Assembly: GCF_964204645.1 (NCBI RefSeq)
Contig: NC_134033.1
Span: 3,616,131 to 3,680,130, forward strand
Length of the DNA stretch: 64,000 nucleotides
Direction of reading: 5' to 3'
DNA from: Tubulanus polymorphus
Lineage: Eukaryota > Animalia > Nemertea
Both the position numbers and the translations under genes were made by a program. Of this stretch, positions 1-64,000 are shown piece by piece. Positions within the stretch are counted from its first letter, which is position 1, and every line of letters begins with the position of its first letter. The notes beneath the pieces are model-generated. The model was not told where the DNA came from. It made no database searches and saw only the letters and a program-made list of their open reading frames with translations.

Positions 1-58011
<58,011 letters not shown>

Positions 58012-58325
58012 TTTCGGAGAGTTTCCGCCAATTTCGACGGTTAGATTCCCATTCAATTCGTAAAAAGTCTGTTGAGAATTTTTCGTGTTACGAACTGTAA
58101 ATAAATATCAGTATTATTATCATTATTATTCGCGAAGTCTCGATTTTTCTAGGAAAACCGAGAAAAAATATTTGAATATAAGATAAAGTTTTCAAAACGC
58201 AAATCTCTCCACACGGACAATACACATTATATAGAGCTTCATTTCAAATTTCAATGGTGGTCACTTCCCCTCTTTTCAAATTACCCGAGTTTTCCCCGAT
58301 TGTTCCATGTTAAAACACAAAACCT

Positions 58326-59140
58326 CACTGAGTGAATCTGCTGCAGGTGAATGGAGGAATTCCCCGAGTGAATCTGCTGCAGGTGAATGGAGGAATTCCC
58401 TGAGTGAATCTGCTGCAGGTGAATGGAGAAATTCCATGAGTCAATCTGCTGCAGGTGAATGGAGAAATTCCATGAGTCAATCTGCTGCAGGTGAATGAAG
58501 AAATTCCCTGAGTGAATCTGCTGCAGGTGAATGGAGAAATTCCCTGAGTGAATCTGCTGCAGGTGAATGGAGAAATTACATGAGTCAATCTGCTGCAGGT
58601 GAATGGAGAAATTCCCTGAGTGAATCTGCTGCAGGTGAATGGAGAGATTCATTGAGTGAATTTGCTGCAGGTGAATGGAGAGATTCCCTGAGTGAATCTG
58701 CTGCAGGTGAATGGAGAGATTCATTGAGTGAATTTGCTGCAGGTGAATGGAGAAATTCCTGGAGTGAATCTGCTGCAGGTGAATGGAGGAATTCCCCGAG
58801 TGAATCTGCTGCAGGTGAATGGAGAAATTCCCTGAGTGAATCTGCTGCAGGTGAATGGAGAAATTACATGAGTCAATCTGCTGCAGGTGAATGGAGAAAT
58901 TCCCTGAGTGAATCTGCTGCAGGTGAATGGAGAGATTCATTGAGTGAATTTGCTGCAGGTGAATGGAGAGATTCCCTGAGTGAATCTGCTGCAGGTGAAT
59001 GGAGAGATTCATTGAGTGAATCTACTGCAGGTGAATGGAGAGATTCACTGAGTGAATCTGCTGCAGGAAAATGGAGAGATTCATTGAGTGGATCTGTTGC
59101 AGGTGAATGGAGAGATTCACTGAGTGAATCTGCTGCAGGT
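58326..59140. repeat. 36-bp minisatellite, ~22.5 copies
   Basis: Unit TGAGTGAATCTGCTGCAGGTGAATGGAGAAATTCCC; ORFs 58281..59012 and 58580..59158 are translations of this repeat. Confidence 0.95.
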
Positions 59141-61368
59141 TTAAGACGTAATAATTAAAACGTTTTTCACGAATCACATATTTAAAAAAAATCCAAATCT
59201 TTCTGAGTGTTCCGTTTTTTAACAAAATTTGTCGAATTCCGTTTTGCTTAATCAGGAAATTCCTTTTGCTAGTCTTTTGTTGAAATTATTGTGGGATTTC
59301 TCACTTTTTGTGGGTAGGTATTCATAAAAGCGGATTTCGAAATTTCGATTTCACGTGCCAACGTGCAAAAATATTCAATACGTCGGCAAACACAACAGCC
59401 CAAACGAACACTGTAGAAAACAGGTTTTCCGTGAAAGGAATAATTCGAAGAATCTATTGAACGCACCGATGCCATTATATAATTTACATTTAGATTTTCA
59501 ACAAGATTGATGCAGTTCAACAAACAGAACGAATAAGAAAAAAACATCAGAATAATGTAATCGACCTCGATCATTTGAAATTGAAACAACAATGACGCAC
59601 AACGGTCTAATCATTTTCCCGGTAAAGTTGTTTTCTTATATACTTTCGATATACTTATTGATTAGGCAGTAAATTAAAGAAAGTTGGATTGACTCAATCG
59701 TTTATTTGCCTAGCGCATTACTATAAGATACGTAATCATAGCGCTTTACGAGGGTAATACGTGAAATCATTGCAACACAAGATCACGAAGTCAAGTTTTG
59801 AAGAGACGTTATAAGATGGAAAAATCGTTCCTAAAAATATGTTTGAGGTTCCGTTTATGAGCGTTTGACAGATGAGGAATCCCAAATACTGCGCGGTCGG
59901 ACATTCCATAGTGCGGGTGTAGGGGACAGTGGACTTAAAAGCTCTACCAATTTTTTTTCTACCACCACTATCATTGTTATCAAACTACGTACGTGCAGTA
60001 ACCATTTCCATCTTGCTTATCTATACACGTAGCACCTCTTGCATAATTTGCACGCGGGTCCAGTGCCTTTCAATTTGTAAGTAACCATCCCACCTAAACG
60101 TCCGGCGCTAAAGCCCTCATTAATCATCTGTTTTTTTAAACCGAATTTTCAAAATTGCCCTTAACATCATAATGATCATCATCTTAAAACTGTGAACGCT
60201 AAACTGCATCTCAAAAATTGTTTATCTAAAAGCGGGACATTTACTGCTCAAAAGTCAGTTTAATTACAACAAAGTTTAAATTGTCAATATGTTTAGCTTC
60301 GAGGCTGCAGTTGCTCAAAAGTTGGTATAAGTTAACCAGTGGAAATCTTTCGATATATTGCGACAATTTAAACTGAGTTTGAGCCTAACTGTGGTACAAT
60401 TCAACTCATTAAACTCTAACCAACTTCTGAGAACCAGGGTCCAGTTCCACAGTTCCCAGTTAGGATTTGACTGAGTTAACTCATTGAAAATGAACTAACG
60501 TTAACTCAGAGTTAACTCTAACTCGCAACTGTAGAACTGGGTCCAGGTGCATAGCAGGGGCGGTCCAAGAGAGCCGGAGTGCGCGCGCTCCCATTCGCAG
60601 TTTTTCGTAGCCTTTTACAATATATCTTTCAGATTGCTCTCTCTTGTCATGAAAGTGCCTTGAAATAGCATCAACGTACTAAAATTTCTAAATTGCACAG
60701 CTTTTTACATGGCCCACTAAATACATATACAAATGAATTCATTTTTCTACTCGGTGATTGTTATTTATAGTTCCTAGTCCCAAAAACATATTACAGAAAA
60801 GACAAGTAAGAAAGACACCTACCACCGATCTTCTACTTGTGAATGTCAGTACCACACAGAGTTGCTAGGTTTAATCTGTCGCGTAACCGCAATTCTCTAT
60901 TTAGGCTAAATAAAATCAGAACCTCGTTTCTCATTTCTGCTGAGCAAAAAGTAAACCCGGCCAGCCGCCTATCTACCCTTTACATAACTTTCTTAAACAT
61001 CGTGATCGAGCTAACAATAACAAACCCGGCAGCTACGGAAACGAACTGACTACAAAAATTATTGCAGTTTACAAAAGTGACCCCAGCCGATTAGGAGAAA
61101 CAAGGTATCATTACAGGATAGCCTTATTATCGGGTACCCGTTTTATAAATTCCATTCACCTGAAAGTTCCCCCGGACACAAAAACAACAATTCAGCGCTG
61201 GAATATTCATGTGTACCGGTATCGGTAATACAGGGCTTTTATAAAGGCACGGCACGGCAGTGAGGGAAGGCAGGGTAGGGTTTTACCAGCACGAATTATA
61301 GTTATTTTCTATTGAAAGATGGCAGCGCCTGTCGAACACGGTCAAATAGTATTAAGTAATAATATACA

Positions 61369-61694
61369 CATCCTCGCTTGCCAGGGGTCCGGTATCGCTC
61401 CCGAACTCGCTTCTACCGGCCCCCTGGCCTCACGAAGCGTGATTTCATTACTGGCGCTGTTGCGCATGACGTCATATATCAACACGCGACAAAACTTCCG
61501 CGTTCGCTACGTGTTCGCTGATTGGTCCATTTACCGGGAAATTCCATAGATGCCTAATGTCGTTTGTAACAAGCGCTGTGATTGGCCCGACCTGATTCTG
61601 GTCGGCTAGTAACGACTCCAACGACTCGTGAGGTCAAGGGGTTCGAGGAACGGCTTTAGCAGAGTGGGTTCGAATCCCTTGACGGGTGAAGATG
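61369..61694. mobile_element. MULE-like MITE with 9-bp TSD
   Basis: TSD TAATATACA (61360-61368 / 61695-61703); imperfect TIRs CATCCTCGCTTGCCAGGGG..CCCCTGGCCTCACGA / CATCTTCACCCGTCAAGGG..CCCTTGACCTCACGA. Confidence 0.7.
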
Positions 61695-61811
61695 TAATAT
61701 ACACCGCACTGCACATGATGCCCGTTTAGCCAACACACTGGGGTGGAATTCTTTTTAATGTTTGAATTATCGCCAGCACTTTAGGGTATTAATTAGTCAG
61801 CACTGAAAGGG

Positions 61812-63247
61812 TTTCAGTTTCAGTTTATTGCTCCAAAATTAATACTTAATGCACAGAGCACAGAGTAGTTTACAAAATAATACCAACAACATAATACACT
61901 TTTAATACAAAAAAAGATACAAGATAGAATATCATGGCTTTAAACATATGATAATAAACCCTTTTTAACAAATATTGCTAAATTACTCAAAGCTTTACCT
62001 TTAGAATTTAAAAGGCGTGCGAATTGGTCTGGTAATCTCCAAAAACGAGGGTGGATGAATTTTAGACGTAGATCCGAAAAATATGTACAATTTAATAGAA
62101 AATGTTTCTCGTCACCAACAACATTAGCTTGGCATTTGACGCAGTATCGATTTTCCCTGGCAACACCCTGGTATCTACCTAACTCTATTGGCAATTTATG
62201 ATTAGAGCATCTAAATCTGCACATTAAGGCAATTCTCGAATCTTGTGGCAAGCTATTAAGGTAATTTTCGTAGCCCCAATCTACTAAATTTGTATGTTGA
62301 GGCACCCGGACTTTCTTTAACTTTACCTTGCCAATTTTGGATATATCGATCTCTAATCCTTTGTTGTATTAAGGTTTTGAACAAATTTACATTTACTACT
62401 GACTGGTCAATCCAAAAATGACCTAAGCCAATAGTTTCTCACAGATTCTGTATATACATAATCCACTGATTTGAGTTACCCCTCAAATGTGATCTATATA
62501 AATAGCGATACATCATAGACGACATATTATTTTCATCATTCACTAGTTTTGCCCAAAAGTTAAGCATACGTATCTTAATAGTAACCTCCAGGGGAAAACG
62601 ACCCAGTTCCCCATATACAAATATACTGGGGGTCGACCTTCTCAACTTTAAAAGATATTTACAAAAAGAGAGATGCACCTTTTCCAATATCCCTAGATTT
62701 TCGTGCCCCCATACTTCAGAACAAAATGATAAAACAGATATGACCATTGGGTCAAATAATTTTAGGGCAACGTCTATATCTAATGAATGCTCCTGTACTT
62801 TCTTAAGAACAAAGAAAGAGGCTTTCGTAGCTTGCTCAGACAAACTCTTGCGACATTTGGCAAATGTCCCGTTATAGGCAAACAGGATGCCCAGGTACTT
62901 AAATCTATCGACAATTTCGATGATTTTATCACCAATGTGGAACTCCGGCGTCCTTCTGGTTTTCCTTTTTTGGAAAATGACCGCTTTAGTTTTTCACAAT
63001 TAATTACTTATTTCCATTGTTTACAATATACAATTAGCTGGTCTATCATACATTGAAGCCCTTCCGGACTGTCAGCCACCATAACCATATCGTCTGCGTA
63101 CATAAAAAAAAATAATCTAAACCATAGCTCAACTTGGCCATCATCGGCAAAAAAAACTTAGTGAAGGGCAATTATTATCCTGTAAATGCTGTTGCAGGTC
63201 GTTTACATATATGGAAAAGAGTACCGGGGACAAATTTTCGCCTTTTG
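61812..63247 (-). mobile_element. 5'-truncated LINE (CR1-group, L2/Daphne-like): RT C-terminal half + CCHC, with (TGAAAC)n tail
   Basis: KGENLSPVLFSIYVNDL, YADDMV, FKYLGI, CSEVWG, RCSNHKLPIELGRY..RYCVKC..DEKHFLLNC; frameshifts; AATAAACTGAAACTGAAAC tail. Confidence 0.85.
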
Positions 63248-63654
63248 TGAAATACAGTAGGTTCAGTGCGGTTACAAAATTATCGGGCGGCAATTGTCCG
63301 CCGGTTTAAAAGTAATCCTCTTTACCATGAAATACGGATGGTAAGATCATCGAAGCGCGAAATTGGTGACAAAAGCCACGATTCCGAGGGACGCAGTTTC
63401 TTCTCATGAGCAATTTTCTCGTTCCCGATGCGTTCGTTGGATGGCTCGCTATATAGCTTAAAAACTGATAAAGATGATTGAAAATTGTAGAAAGCATACA
63501 AAACTACATATAATGATCCTGCAAATTTCAAAAATCCGATCGAATCATGAGCTATTGAATGAGATGAACAATGATTGAAGTATATCTATCGAGAATATGC
63601 TATCAATGCTTATTATATCGTCATTAGCGTGCATCGTTGCAGTAAGCCGATAAC

Positions 63655-63866
<212 letters not shown>

Positions 63867-64000
63867 GTTTCTCGTTTTGGCTGAATTTATTGTGGGATTT
63901 CTCTCGTTGCAGTAAATATTCAAATAAGTGACGTCATATATAAAAGGTAATTATCAGCTGGTTCGATCGATATTTTCAGTTCGTGTCTTTCTGCATTTTA

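Noticed and set aside
58012-58056. Upstream in-frame ATG (MNGNLTVEIGGNSPK) as the start codon
   Set aside because: Cannot be excluded, but the signal peptide pattern fits the ATG at 58011 better.
58281-59158. CRISPR-like array or repeat-protein ORFs (243 aa and 192 aa)
   Set aside because: Units are contiguous 36-bp tandem repeats with no unique spacers and no cas genes, in a eukaryotic context. The ORFs exist only because the unit length is a multiple of 3 and lacks stops in those frames.
61655-61685. tRNA-like B-box GGTTCGAATCCC (also reverse-strand B-box-like motifs near 27540 and 23147)
   Set aside because: No cloverleaf or acceptor stem could be built; the 61.6-kb one lies within a MITE terminal repeat.

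Overview
Eukaryotic (invertebrate-like, AT-rich, GT-AG introns) genomic DNA. Most of the window is one very large minus-strand gene. I reconstructed it by hand as 40 phase-consistent exons (ATG 58011, running off the left edge; about 3,980 aa inside the window). It encodes a mosaic extracellular protein: signal peptide, three Bark beetle/Anakonda-like modules (parallel beta-helix, SRCR, CUB-like), MAM, C-type lectin, EGF, PSI, an unassigned central domain, a CxCxC region, VWD and a tenascin-like EGF array. Its introns are full of mobile DNA. The main element is an apparently intact 9.74-kb animal CACTA/EnSpm transposon (26983-36723; 20-bp perfect TIRs, TA TSD). It carries an 843-aa transposase and a second 15-exon gene (~663 aa, missed by the ORF track) with an N-terminal CIDE-N-like domain and six tandemly duplicated exons. 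A consensus splice donor 6 nt before the transposase ATG suggests both genes come from one alternatively spliced transcript. Other content: a TIR-bounded 3.4-kb Polinton/adintovirus-like remnant (decayed protein-primed PolB plus an intact Zn-finger ORF), Penelope-like elements with hammerhead ribozyme motifs, a non-autonomous CACTA, CR1/L2-type LINE fragments, many MITEs, minisatellites and microsatellites. All domain and family calls come from motif recognition only; no searches were run.
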